Shown here in pieces: positions 1-12,632 of a DNA stretch of 64,000 nt. The stretch covers positions 74,650,001 to 74,714,000 of the forward strand of contig NC_058368.1 in NCBI RefSeq assembly GCF_018350175.1. Direction: 5' to 3'. The translations under genes were made by a program, and so were the position numbers. The first letter of the stretch is position 1; each line of letters starts with the position of its first letter. The stretch comes from Felis catus (taxonomy: Eukaryota). The notes beneath the pieces were generated by a model that saw only the letters and a program-made list of their open reading frames with translations, was not told where the DNA came from and searched no databases.

Positions 1-47
1 TGCTTGGTACATAGCATATACAATTGTTCTTTCCTTCTCCAATTTAA

Positions 48-250
48 CTTTTTTAAAAATGTTTATTTATTCTTGAGAGAGAGAGAGAGAGAGACAGAGC
101 ATGAGTGAGGGAGGGATAGAGAGAGGGACACAGAATCCGAGGCAGACTCCGGGCTCTGAGCTGTCAACAGAGTCCGGCGCGGGGCTTGAACTCACAGGCT
201 GTGAGATCATGACCTGCGCCGAAGTCAGACGCTCAAACAACTAAGCCATC
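48..250 (-). mobile_element. CanSINE
   Basis: Poly-T, (GA)n and tRNA-derived head in reverse orientation. Confidence 0.9.
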
Positions 251-2427
251 TTGTAATTATTTACACCAAAGTTAGCTTTAGTAAATTGATCATAATTCTT
301 TTCACAGCAGAAATCACTTTCCTCTCCAATAATCAATTTGATGTCTTAAAACTTTCAAGTCAAGAACAGTTTCAATTTTTCTTAGGTATGTAATGAGCCT
401 GAACACAATGTCTATGTGATCGGAATTGAAAGCAAACAAAAGCAGTGCCATGGTCCTATCTCCCGAAGTGCCAATTGCTAACTGCATGCTTCAGGAAGGC
501 CTTAGATCCTTGCTTTAAAGATGCAGGCAACCACGGCCCACTTTAATACCATAATTCAACTAAATGTAGCAAAATAGCACCACTCTAGGAAGCCCTGGAA
601 ATGCAATGTTTAACAATACAACCCCCACCCCCCACCGCCCTTGCCTGGATGTTCCTTGTCAGGCTGAGATTTGAAGCTCAAAGTTTACCAACTGGTAGTA
701 GAAGGAAACTTATTCATATTTGCTATGCCACTCATAGCACTGACACATAAAATTGTGTTTGTAACTTTCAGTGCTTTCTCATTAGTTTCTGTGGAAGTCC
801 ATCCTAATCATCAAAATTATATATTCGTGCTTTAGTTTCAAATAGGTCCCATGGCAAAGAGTTTAACTTACTGTGTACATGAAGCACTTAACTTTACCAA
901 AATGGTATCCTACTTATGGAAATATGATAATATCTCTTTAAGTTTGTTCTTCGTTACATGACTAAAATTTTCTTCTCCCTCTTTCTTCTCTCCTCCCCTA
1001 GGTTTCTCGATATAGTTTATAGCCAGGAGCTTATCGTGAAGTGATAAAGAAGAAGGAAAGACCATAATGTCAATTCTAGACTAACAAAATATCCATCTGT
1101 TGTATCTACATATTAAGCTTTGTGCCATGTTTTTAAAGATAGTACGTGATTGCCTAAGGATTTATAACACCCATCATGTAATTAGTCAGTAAAATTTCAA
1201 AAATAGATCAAAACTCTCAAAATACTCAACCGTATATTGTCTGTATAATTTTTATGTTTGGAGAAGATTTGGAGTGGTTTGAATTTTAGTCCATTTACAT
1301 CTGTAATCCTGATAAAATAGAACGTGTGTCTCCACTTTGCCATTAGGTCTTTGGTTCATCTGTTTCTCCATTGTTGTGTCCTCTTATATGAAATAGATAT
1401 TTTCTAGTGTGCCATTATAATTCCATGGTCATTTTTTTTACTGGATTTTGGAGTTACTTTCTTAGTTACTGTCATGGAGGTATAGCACACCTTTTCATGT
1501 ATAACAATCAAGTTTGGATTAAGAACAACTTGATTTCAATAGTGTATGAAAACTTTTCTCCAATATTACTCTGTGCCTTCACCCCTCATTTGAGCTGTTA
1601 TTATCATACCAATTACATTTTATCATTGTGTGTCCATCAGCACAAATTTATAATTATGATTTTATGTGGTTGTCATTTAAATAAAGTAGGAGAAAAAAGT
1701 TATGAATAGAAAGTATATTCATATCATGTTTTATATTGACCTATGCGGTTACAATTATTAGTGTTTTTTATTTTCTTTTGTGTATTTGAATTACTGTCTA
1801 GTGTCCATTTCTTTAAGCCAGAAAGACTCCCTTTAATATCTCTCACATTTCTCAGTTGTATCTGGGAATGTTGTTATTTATTAATTTTTCATTTTTTTGA
1901 AGAATGGTTTTGCTGTGTATTCAATTTTTGTGACAGTATATTTCTTTCATTACTTTGAATATATAGCCCCATTAGCTGCTGGCCTTCATGGTTTCTGATG
2001 AGTCATCAGCTGTTAAGCTTGTTAAGGATCTCTTGTGTATGATGAGGACATTTTCTCTTGTTCTTTTCTTATCTTTTGACAGTTCAGTTATAATGTGTCT
2101 AGCTGTAAATCTCTGTGTTTATCCAGCATCCAGTTTGTTGAGCTTATAGGATGTATAGATTACTAATTCCCCTCAAATTTGGGTACTTGTTGACCAATAT
2201 TTCTTCAAATACTCTTTCTGCCATTTTCTCTCCTTGCCTTCTTAGACTCCCATTGTGAGTATAATTGCAAATTGGCAGACATAAATTTTATTTCGTAGAT
2301 TATCTGATGATGTCCACCCATCTCTGAAACTCTGTCCATTTGTATGTCATTCTTTTCACTTTCTGTTCCAACTCGATAACCTCAATGACCTATTTTCATT
2401 TATGGATAAAGTTTTAAGGTGAACTAT

Positions 2428-2503
2428 TTTATTTTTTAATTATTTTTTAATGTTTCTTCATATTTGAGACAGAGGGAGATAGAGCATGAGTAGGGGAGGA
2501 GCA

Positions 2504-2546
<43 letters not shown>

Positions 2547-2673
2547 TCTGAAACAGGTTCCAGGCTCTGAGCTGTCAGGACAGAGCCCGATGCGGCGCTT
2601 GAACCCATGAACCGTGAGATCATGACCTGAGCCAAAATCGGACCCTTAACCAATTTAGCCACCCAGGCGCCCC
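2428..2673 (-). mobile_element. CanSINE with internal (CA)n expansion
   Basis: SINE body; (CA)n at about 2506-2542; degenerate TSD atttatggat. Confidence 0.9.
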
Positions 2674-3143
2674 ATTTATGGATTAATTTTATACTGGCTC
2701 AAGTCTGCTATGGATCCCCTCTACTATATTTTTCTTTATAGTTACGGTGCCTTTCAACTCCATAATTTCTATGGTTCTTTTTCATAATTTCTATGTCTTT
2801 ATTGTATTCCCTATTGAGTGAGACAAACTTCTCATTTGTCTTCCCTTTCTTGGGAGATTATTTCCTTAGGCTCTTTGGACGTATTTAAAATAGCTGGTTT
2901 AAAGTCTTTGTCTGGTACATCCAATATTCGGGCTACCACAGGGAGAGTTTTATTAATTGTTTTTATTCCAGCACAGGTGTATACTTTCTTATACTTTCTT
3001 TGCAAGCTTCATAATTTTGTTGTTGTTGTTGTTGTTAAAGTTGGATGCTTCAAATAATATAATGTGACATCTCTGAAAATCAGATCTTTCTCACTCGCAG
3101 TGTTTATTGTTGGTGGTAACGGTGTTTGTTTAGTGACTTTTCT

Positions 3144-3365
3144 TTTTATAGTAATTTTTTTTCAACGTTTATTTATTTTTGGGACAGAGAGAGACAGAGC
3201 ATGAATGGGGGAGGGGCAGAGAGAGAGGGAGACACAGAATCGGAAACAGGCTCCAGGCTCTGAGCCATCAGCCCAGAGCCTGACGCGGGGCTCGAACTCA
3301 CAGACCGCGAGATCGTGACCTGGCTGAAGTCGGACGCTTAACTGACTGCGCCACCCAGGCGCCCC
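3144..3365 (-). mobile_element. Young Felis-type CanSINE
   Basis: TSD gtttagtgacttttct at 3128-3143 and 3367-3382. Confidence 0.95.
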
Positions 3366-4872
3366 AGTTTAGTGACTTTTCTGAACTAACCACAAAGCGT
3401 GTGTTTTTTATCATGTATGCCTGCGAAGCCTCTGGTCGACTTAGTGGTCAGCTAATTACTGGTCACATATCTCTTTACACGCGTGAAACCATTTCTCTGC
3501 CAATTTTCCCAGTGCTCTCTTTGGACATCAAGACTCAGCCAGACAGTTCACAACTCTGCTTCAGGTCTTGCTTCCATTGTACCTCCAGACCAGCCAATCA
3601 TGAAAGATCAACACCTTTTCAAGTCTTCCTGACATGTGTACAGCTTGTAGTCTTCTAGATTCTCAGTCATATGTCAGTTTTTCAAAGCCCTTAGGGGCAT
3701 CTCATTCTTCACTTCTGCTTCTTAAACTTTGTATTAGCCTGTTGCTTTCCTCAACTTTTATCTATTATCTCAGGCAGCTGGAAATTAAACAATTGCCTCT
3801 AATTGTTTTTGACAAATATCCAGAGAGAAAAGGCTTTTGTCCCGGGTGACCTCGGAGTCAGGTCAGATAAAAGCATTCTTTCAAGTGGAGCCTTCAGGGA
3901 ACCTCCAGACAGGTTAAATAACAACACTTTCCTTGAAATGAAGTTTTGAAGGAGTTCCACCTTTAGTCTGTCCCCACTTCTGGTGATAGGCAGCTTACTT
4001 TGACCGTGATTGTGTTTGGTGGCTTTGAAGTCTACTGCAGGGCTGAAAAGGGAAGAGTGGACATAGCATAAGTAAAAATGCCACAAGGCTCACTGTTCCT
4101 ACTAAAATCCAGTCATTTTACTTTAATGCATATTCCTGAGATGGCTGCACGCATTTCATTACTATCCTGAATTCTACAATGTTGATTCCGACCGTTTTTG
4201 TCAGTTTCCTTATTGCTCTTATATTGGAGACAGTGTTTGGAGTTCCTTACTCCATCATTTTCACTGATATCAATTTAAACTATATTTTCAATTTAAACTA
4301 TATTTAGTTCACCCATGCCCAAATCAATTTTTTTTGAAAGTTAAAGACATGACGCTCATTCAAATACAAACACGTATTAAGCTTTTCTTAGCCTATTAGT
4401 AAGGTCATAACTAGGATGGTGATTCTGGCTCAAAGACACCTTAAGAGACTGAGTATCAATATTCAAACGGTCAACGGAATACAAAAACGTATTTGCTAAT
4501 AGATCAAAAACCGGTTAAAGCCTTGTAGGGCAATAAGACTGCAACTTTTGTTGTCATTCTCTCTACAGGACAGAAATCAATTACCTCTCTGTTGGAGAAA
4601 AAATATACAAGCTGATGCATAACTGTACAGAGGCTGTGTCTTAATCAAGTGTGCATAATAAGCCAAACTGAGATTCATCAGCTAGAAAATTAAATAATCC
4701 TCTTGAAGACCTGTTACACAATGCTCCCACCTAGCAGTTAAAGAGTATGCAATCCCCATTTTGCCTGATTTATTAATTTTGGAAACTTAAATATTTTTTT
4801 AGCACTTGATCTATTGGCTATTTGTTGCTTCAAAGTAAATCACTTTACATTTACAAAATAAATCAGGGTCTT

Positions 4873-5100
4873 TTTTTTATTTAATTAAAAAAATTTTTTA
4901 ATGTTTATTTATTTTTGAGACAGAGAGAGACAGAGCATGAATGGGGGAGGGGCAGAGAGAGAGGGAGACACAGAATCGGAAGCAGGCTCCAGGCTCTGAG
5001 CCATCAGCCCAGAGCCCAACGTGGGGCTCGAACTCACGAACCGTGAGATCGTGACCTGGCTGAAGTCGGACGCTCAACCGACTGAGCCACCCAGGCGCCC
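4873..5100 (-). mobile_element. Felis-type CanSINE
   Basis: TSD caaaat(a/g)aatcagggtctt at 4854-4872 and 5101-5119. Confidence 0.95.
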
Positions 5101-5438
5101 CAAAATGAATCAGGGTCTTAAAAACAACTGCCAGTTATCATACCTATCAGTTTGCCATTTGGGCAGGCTTTGGTGTCATTTCATAGATCATCAGCTGGGA
5201 AAACTCCCCTAAAGGGTGGAGGACCCATTTCCGAGACAGTCCATTTCTCGCATGTCTGTCAATGTTTGCCCGCCTGTTTTCCAGGAGATCGGCTGAAGAT
5301 GAAGGCTGAGACTTTGGTTCTTCTCCAAGGGGGTTTCCTTGTTAATCCTGAACTTCACAATGGATAAGAGAAATTCCATTTTTTTTGCTCTAATTTTATT
5401 ACTTGGTTCTTATTCTACCAGTTGCAGTAATCACAAAG

Positions 5439-5563
5439 ACTCACCAGATTCCAGGGGACGAGACAGAGATTCTACCCCTCGATACAGGAGTGGCAAGACT
5501 CTGGAGGTGAAAGTGTGATGACAAATGATGAGGAGGACAGTTTTGAAAAATACACTCTTCCAC
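5439..5563 (-). mobile_element. MLT1 (MaLR) LTR fragment
   Basis: agattccagggg...ctacccctcgat...gagtggcaag...ttttgaaaaatacactcttccaca resembles the reverse of an MLT1 5' end. Confidence 0.6.
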
Positions 5564-6562
5564 AACCCACTTGGATTTGGTGGGTTTTGTTTTGTTGTTT
5601 GCATAGGTGCCACTAGGTGACAGGTATGAGATTTCTGAACAGGTGACAAAGACTAAGTCAGCCTTACGAATAGAAAGGTGTAAAGAAGTTGATCCAATTA
5701 TTTCAAGAAAGTTAGAAGTCTAAGTAACCTAAAAATCTCCCTTAAATAAGTAGTGATTTTCATATTTTTGGCTTTAAGGTGATACAAGTGAAATAGGGTG
5801 CGAAAATTAGATCTTAACATTTTTAGTTATAAATACAGTATTAGGGCCATCTCTTTATAATTTCATAAAAAAAGAAAAGCTTAGTGATGTGGGCGTTTAA
5901 AAAGCACATGGGGAGATTGCTCCAAGGGTCATACTTTTTAAAACAATGACTACATCTCTAACAAGTCAAATTACTTGAAAAGTGAAAATTGCAGTGGATC
6001 AACTCACTGGTTTTTGTTTTGATTCATTAACTTATTGAAATGCTTCTCTTTGTTCCTTACTTAGTCCCAGGTGTCATGATGTAGTCTGGTATCACAGTGA
6101 CCCAAACCAAGGTCTTGAGAATGTGTTTGTGTATGCGGGGGGACAGTGCGTACATGAGCATCGATGTACTAATTCCCAGGACTTTGGATCCCACCTTTGA
6201 TAACTGCAAGCACTCTGTAGCCATGACTCTTGTGTGTTTCACATGATCTTCTCTGGAGTTCCTGGGAATATTTCCATGTGTTTCCCAAAATTTGCACGCA
6301 GTTTCATTTGCTCTGGTGGCTGCATCGAGGCACCTTATTCTGTCTCTGTTAAGAATTATGAATTCTTAGATTCATAATTACCCTCAGATTACCCAGATTC
6401 ATGGAACACAACAGCAATGTATCCAAGGTGGAGGAAGGAAGCGTATCTCAACGCATAGTTGCATCTCACTTGTCCCTACAGTCCCACTGTAATAGATTCT
6501 GAAAAGCTTTTATGATTAAAGTTACCATTAAAACAATTTCTTAGCTTCTGATTCTAACGCCC

Positions 6563-6977
6563 CTGTGGTTAGTTTTATGTGTCACCTGGACTTCGCCATG
6601 AGATGCCCAGAGTAAACATTATTTCTAGTTGTGCTTGTGAAGGCACTTGGATTGGTAGACTCAGTAGATTACCCTCCCCACTGTGGGTGGGCATCATCTA
6701 ATCCATTGAGGACCTGAATCGAACTAAAGGCAGAGGAAGGAGGATTTTAGTCTTTCTGGTTTCCTACTCGCTTGCTTGAATTATGACATCTCATCTCATT
6801 GTCTTTGGTCCTAGGATTAGGATGTAAACTACTGACTTCCCTGGTTCTCATGCCTTTGGACTTGGATGGAATTACACACCACCGGCTTCCCTGGGTCTCT
6901 TCCTTGCAGACAGCTGTTCATGAAACTTCTCAGCCTCCAAAACTGTGTGTGCCAATTCTCTGGCAAACCCTAACACA
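6563..6977 (+). mobile_element. MLT2 (ERVL) solo LTR
   Basis: tgtggttagttttatgtgtcacctggact...gggcatcatctaatccattgaggacctgaat...cttgcagacagc...aaccctaacaca. Confidence 0.8.
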
Positions 6978-8459
6978 AGCACTCTCACTATAGAGCTCTC
7001 TCAAAAGTACTCTACGATGGTGGGCAGTCAGAAGCCATTCTATCATTTCCTCGTTTTCTCTCCGTCTCTGCCTCTCTGTCTCTCTCTGCCCTCCTGCACT
7101 CTCCACTCTTGTGCACTCGTGCATCTCTCTCTGTCTCCTCCCTTCAATCCTGAAAACACCCTTAAACGCTTTTGAACAACTCATGACAACATGTGTCAGA
7201 GAGATGCAGCCCACCAGTTTCACACACATTCAAACAGAATCTTGGTTGGAGCTCAGCTGGGACACTGCTACATTGACAGGAAGTAGAGGGAAGCCTGAAA
7301 TTAAAGAATCATTCTTTTGAATCAAAGATGCTTGTTGAGGGCTGTTTGAATCTATCAAATGACAAATTAGGAAAACGTAATGACAAGTGATCTTTAACGT
7401 ATCAGAAGAACATGAGTCATTTTAAAAGTCAGAATGAAATTCAAAGATGCCGAACGAATTATCCCTCTGTGTCTACTGGAGAATTAATCCCTCAGAGGCT
7501 CCTCTCTGATCAAAGGAAGACACATTGCATTTATCTCTCACATAGTGAACAATGTGTATGTTCTTCCAAATGCGCAATTCCCTTTTGATTTGTTTCTTAA
7601 AATTCATAGAACTTTTTATAATAATGGGACTCAGGAAAGGAAAGTCTATCTATGGAACAGAGTACAGATCAGAAGAGACAGCAGATTCCAGAATTATCAG
7701 TTGTGCCCCCCAAATGCAGGTGAGATACTTAGAATCCTCTCATTGAAAACAAAATTCTGACCATAAACGGAAGGACATGGGAGAATTTTGAGTGAAAATA
7801 CAGTCAGTTTTGTATTGTAGTATGTGTTCTAAAATGGACCACTTCAAGGACCTAGCATACAACAGGACGCTCACCTGGTTATTCGTGTGGTTACTGGCCT
7901 GTCACTTTCTCAGAGAGACCTTGACTCACTCTAGAAACTAAATTAGATGTTCTCCTTATATCCTGCTTCAAGCTGTCATTTTTTTAAAAATAAAATTATA
8001 GCTCCGGTGAAAATCAGAAATTATAGATTTGCCTATGCCCGGATTTCGTTATTTTTGTCTCCTTCACTGAGCTGTAACAGGAGTCATACTTATGTTGCAC
8101 GTTCATCACGGTGTTTCCTAAGCGCTTCAAAATACATGGAAATGGAGCAAACGATACCATCGACACATATCGCGGTATTATTAACGATTCAGGGTTAAAC
8201 TTCAGAAATCTTACTTGCTGAGAGACCCTCATCCAGGAGTTCTCTTGCTCTTCTCCATCTTTCTGCCGGTGCCAAAGTGCAAAGCCCTGACCACCCTTTG
8301 CCCTCGCCGTATCTCAGGACCGTGTTCACGGCAAAGCCAGCTTAAATCAAACGACATCTTCAAGGTGACAAACACGGGCAACAATTAGAAGGAGATAAAA
8401 ACACATGCTTTTGCCCATTAGGACATGGTCAACAATAGAGCAAAGCAGACGATCACGGC

Positions 8460-8600
8460 TACAACTTAGGGAAATGTGTTCATTTCTCTTTCTTTTCATT
8501 TTCCTCCTGTAAAATTGGGGAAAATAATATTTAATGAGTTAACTTCTTAAAAACCCCTAGTCCCCTGCCTGGCTCCTGCTATATGTATTTGTTAAAATAG
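8460..8600 (+). mobile_element. MIR fragment
   Basis: Core-like ttttcctcctgtaaaattggggaaaataata. Confidence 0.5.
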
Positions 8601-8629
8601 AAAGTATAGGATGTCAGACTTCAGCGATA

Positions 8630-9045
8630 GAAATATTCCTGTATCCTGACGGTGACGGTGGCCACACAAATCTACATGTGTGACAAAACTGCATTTAGAG
8701 AAGTGTTCACACACACGCAAGAGTATCTGTTTCATTAGTCAAGTCTGAATCCGGTGAGTAGACTATATCAATGTCAAAATCCTGATTCTCGCCTCCTACC
8801 ATAATTGTGCAAGATGTCCCAACTGGGGGGGAAATACATGTAGGGCACAGTGGAATTTCTCTGTATTCTTTTATAAAGGGCCCACAAATCAACCATTATC
8901 TCAAAATAAAAGTTTGACAAAATATATGTGGAATGTTGATCATGTGGGAGGCAATGCTTGTACAATGACAGGCTATGTAGGAAATTTGGACTTTCTGCTC
9001 AATTTTGCTGTAAACCCTAAAACTACTCTAAAAATAAAGTCATAA
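8630..9045 (+). mobile_element. Two adjacent old L1 (L1MC/MD-like) 3' ends
   Basis: One ends in attatctcaaaataaaagttt (about 8915), the other in ctgctcaattttgctgtaaaccctaaaactactctaaaaataaagtc (about 9041). Confidence 0.7.
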
Positions 9046-9894
9046 CGAAATTAACAAATAAATAACCAGTGCAACTTTTTGGAGGGGGTGCAAATAATTC
9101 ACATATTTTGAACACATTTTTTTTTTCTGATTAGCTTCCTGATGGCTTTTTCGTTGGATCCAATCTAGAATGTATGCTCCGTAATTCAGTGTTTCTATTC
9201 TTTAGAATAAGAGGAATTTGATGACATTTGAAGATCCATGAGTGTGTAAGAGCTTACTGGATTTTGTGATTTTCCACATCTTTTAGAGTTGCCTTTTAAA
9301 TACCGCATTCAGTGGAAGCTTTTGGTGGCCATTTCTTAGAGAGGCAACTGCTTCAAATCTCACCAAACGTGTCAGCTTATTTTTGGAAACATCAATTTCC
9401 TTTCTGTTCACATGTACATCTTATCAGATTATTACATTTTATTAAATTACACAATTACGGCGGCAACCGGCTTAGCCTTAAACATTTGGAAAGCACGGGT
9501 GGAAAATTCAAGTAGTGGGAGAACGTGTCCAAAAGGGGGGTCACTTCCCGTAAAGACTGGAGTGCCAGGGTTTCCCAAGGCACAACATGGCGGGGGGGGG
9601 GGCACGGGAAGGGCAGTTAATCCCGCCAGTGCACTAGGGGGTTACAAAGCCACTTGAGTCTGCCAACTACAGTCCGATCAACTCAGTGCTTAATAGCCAC
9701 CACTCTGCCTGCTCAGATAGTTTTCTGATCTCTTCTGGTCTCTGCAATGTTTCTCTGCTTCTGTCTTAGTAGATATTGTGTAAGCCTGAAAGACATAAAG
9801 ACATAAAGGAAACAGAAATTTGTATATGGGAGGAAAAAGGAAAACTTAGAAGGATTAGCAACGTTTCAGTAACCTCATCCATGTCTTCCAACCG

Positions 9895-10350
9895 TGATGG
9901 TTAACATCCTTATGATTTACTAGGCACTAGATAAAGTTCTAATCACTTATTGATTTTAACTCACTAATCCTCAGAGCTACCTTGCGAAAGAGGTATATAT
10001 TGCCATCACCCCATTTTATTTGAAAATTTTTTTTTCAACGTTTTTTATTAATTTTTTGGGACAGATAGAGACAGAGCATGAACGGGGGAGGGGCAGAGAG
10101 AGAGGGAGACACAGAATCAGAAACAGGCTCCAGGCTCTGAGCCATCAGCCCAGAGCCTGACGCGGGGCTCGAACTCATGGACCGCGAGATCGTGACCTGG
10201 CTGAAGTCGGACGCTTAACCGACTGCGCCACCAGGCGCCCTGCCATCACCCCCATTTTATAAAGGAGGAAAGAAATAGAAAGACTAAGCAACTTGCTCGA
10301 GGTTATACATCTAACACATAACATGACAAAGTTTTGAGCACAGGTAAATT
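9895..10350 (-). mobile_element. MIR interrupted by a SINE
   Basis: ctaatcctcagagctacctt...ccccattttataaaggaggaaa...actaagcaacttgctcgaggttatacatcta. Confidence 0.7.
10020..10240 (-). mobile_element. Young Felis-type CanSINE
   Basis: TSD tgccatcaccc(c)cattttat at 10001-10019 and 10241-10260. Confidence 0.95.
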
Positions 10351-10509
10351 GGCGAGTCAGTGTAGTTAATTCCCCTGCTGCAGTGCGTTTTGCCACATTT
10401 TATTCTCTAAATACAAATGCGGAATGGCTCTCTGGGGCATTGTTAACTGAGGCGTTACTAAACCAATGTCAGTTCAATATCATTCGTGTTTCCATTTTGT
10501 TAGAATTTT

Positions 10510-10538
10510 GCGGGGAGAGACAAGAAGTGAGGGGTGAG

Positions 10539-10577
<39 letters not shown>

Positions 10578-10765
10578 AGAAAGAAAGAAGGAAAGAAAGA
10601 AAGAAAGAAAGAAAGAAGAAAGAAAGAAGGAAAGAAAGAAAGATGTAAAGCAGGCTCCACATTCAGCATGGAGCCTGACATGAGGCTCGATCTCACATCC
10701 ATGAGATTGTAACCTGAGCCAAAATCGAGTCAGATGTTCAACCGAATGAGCCACCCAGGAGCCCC
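10510..10765 (-). mobile_element. Older CanSINE with expanded (GAAA)n
   Basis: Head at 10650-10765; (GAAA)n at about 10539-10641. Confidence 0.85.
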
Positions 10766-11455
10766 ATAGAATTTGTAATGTACTTGATATCTAACTTCAA
10801 AATCAAAATTAGTACCTTTTTGTGCCTTTTAACATTTCTGTTAAAATTCTGAGCTATATATTACATAGTCAGGCACAGATTTATGAATGCATATGTTCAT
10901 TAGCTGTGATTTACAAAAAGTTGGATATAAGTGGAACATGAAATAAGAAATTACATAAATGGTGAAGGGCTTACATGAATGTTATGTCACCATTAGGAAT
11001 AAAATTAAAGAACAGTATCTGAACACATGAGAAAGTGGTTTCTACATGCAGAAGGAGCTTTGATGTATAACCAGCGGAGGGAAAAGACCAGAAAGAACCA
11101 CACTAATATGTTGCCAGTATTTCTAGGTGGTGGAAAATGTTTGTAATTCTCTTTCATCGTTTCAAATGCGTTTTCCTATAGTGAGATAATATTAACTAAT
11201 TAAAATGCTACCGCTGCAGAACATTTACAAGCATCTGACATTTTAAAAAGAAAGAAAACTGGGCTATTATAATTCTAACAATAGACATTACCTGAGTCTG
11301 GGGGAAGGCAGGAAGCCTGTGACTTTTGCTGTAGAACCAAGGGTTTAGAAGGTCCAATTCATGTGCTCTCTTTTCTGATTGGAATTCTAAGGAGGGGTGC
11401 TTGAAAGGTAATATTCCATTTCCAGGCGAAACAACCAAATATAGAAATGGAGTGG

Positions 11456-11521
11456 AAAGAGTTAAAGGAGGCTGGTTAAAGAGTTAAAGGAGGCTGGTTA
11501 ACGAGTTAAAGTCAGGCTGGT
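11456..11521. repeat. 22-bp tandem repeat, 3 copies
   Basis: Unit aaagagttaaaggaggctggtt; two exact copies, third diverged. Confidence 0.9.
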
Positions 11522-11662
11522 CCCGGACTCCATCTCTGGAAAGTTAGAGTTCCTGTTTCACTTTCTCTTGGAAATGTCAAGTCTGGAAACACTAATAATT
11601 ACAAAGCATTGTGTAAGATTCCTTCTGATTTCACTTAAGAATTGGTATTTTTGACTTTTGAT

Positions 11663-11870
11663 TTTTTTTATGTTTTTATTTTATTTTAGAGAGAGAGAGA
11701 GAGAGAGAGCAGGGAAGGGGCAGAGAGAGGGGGAGACCCAGGATCTGAAGCAGGCTCCAGGCTCTGAGCTGTGGGCACCGAGCCTGAGGCGGGGCTCGAA
11801 CTCAGGGATGGTGAGATCATAGCCTGAGCCAAAGTCGGATCCTTCACCGACTAAGCCACCCAGGCGCCCC
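11663..11870 (-). mobile_element. CanSINE
   Basis: TSD acttttgat. Confidence 0.9.
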
Positions 11871-12375
11871 TACTTTTGATATTATTTTATCTCAAACTGG
11901 ATAACTGGCTCAAAAATAATTTTCAAAGCATGGCGAGGTTTCATGTTCCTACAAAATAAACACATATGATATATTGGTTTTGGTGCCTTGATACATTTCG
12001 GTGTTTAGTTTTCTCTCCTGTTCACAAAGGAACTGAGGGCCTTGTTAGTAACCCGTTGTGCCAATACTTATGCTTTGTGAGAGGATATCAGAGGGCTTCT
12101 CCAAAACTTTGGATTCAAATTAGTGCCATGGCCTTTCCCCTCACTGGAAAAACATTTTGGATGTTTAATAAATCCTTTGGCATTTTGGTGTCCGTCTTAA
12201 AGTACCGAGAGAATAAGGTCATAATACAGATGGAAATAAAGAAAGCAGCAACACGGCTCATGGAAAAAGTGTTGCTGGACTGTAAAATGTATGGTCTTAT
12301 GAGAGCATATGTCCATTGACAACCACAGGGACGTGGCAGAAATGGTTCCATAGTAGGCACCTTATGTAAAATCAA

Positions 12376-12526
12376 GGCTTCCGGGTGGCTCAGTCGGTTA
12401 AGCATCCAACTCTTGATTTCAGCTCAGGTCATGATCTCATGGTGGAGAGATCAAGCGCCCGGTTTGGCTTCTTACTTGACTTGGAGGCTGCTTAAGATTC
12501 TTTCTCTCCCTCTGCCCCACCCTCAC

Positions 12527-12582
<56 letters not shown>

Positions 12583-12632
12583 TCCCTAAAAGACAAACCG
12601 ACAAATACATACACACACACATACATACATAC
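12376..12632 (+). mobile_element. Older CanSINE with (TG)n
   Basis: tRNA-like head, (TG)n at about 12528-12575, TSD aatcaagg. Confidence 0.85.

Larger units (their letters stand above)
1250..4270 (-). mobile_element. Old L1M-type LINE fragment interrupted by two SINEs
   Basis: T-rich antisense L1 ORF1/5'-region-like sequence (e.g. tttcttcaaatactctttctg, gtttgttgagcttataggatgtatag); edges approximate. Confidence 0.6.

Noticed and set aside
4271..4305. 18-bp tandem duplication caatttaaactatatttt
   Set aside because: Simple slippage duplication near an L1 edge; no functional signal.
11456..11521. Regular repeats as a CRISPR-like array
   Set aside because: Mammalian DNA; direct tandem units with no spacers.
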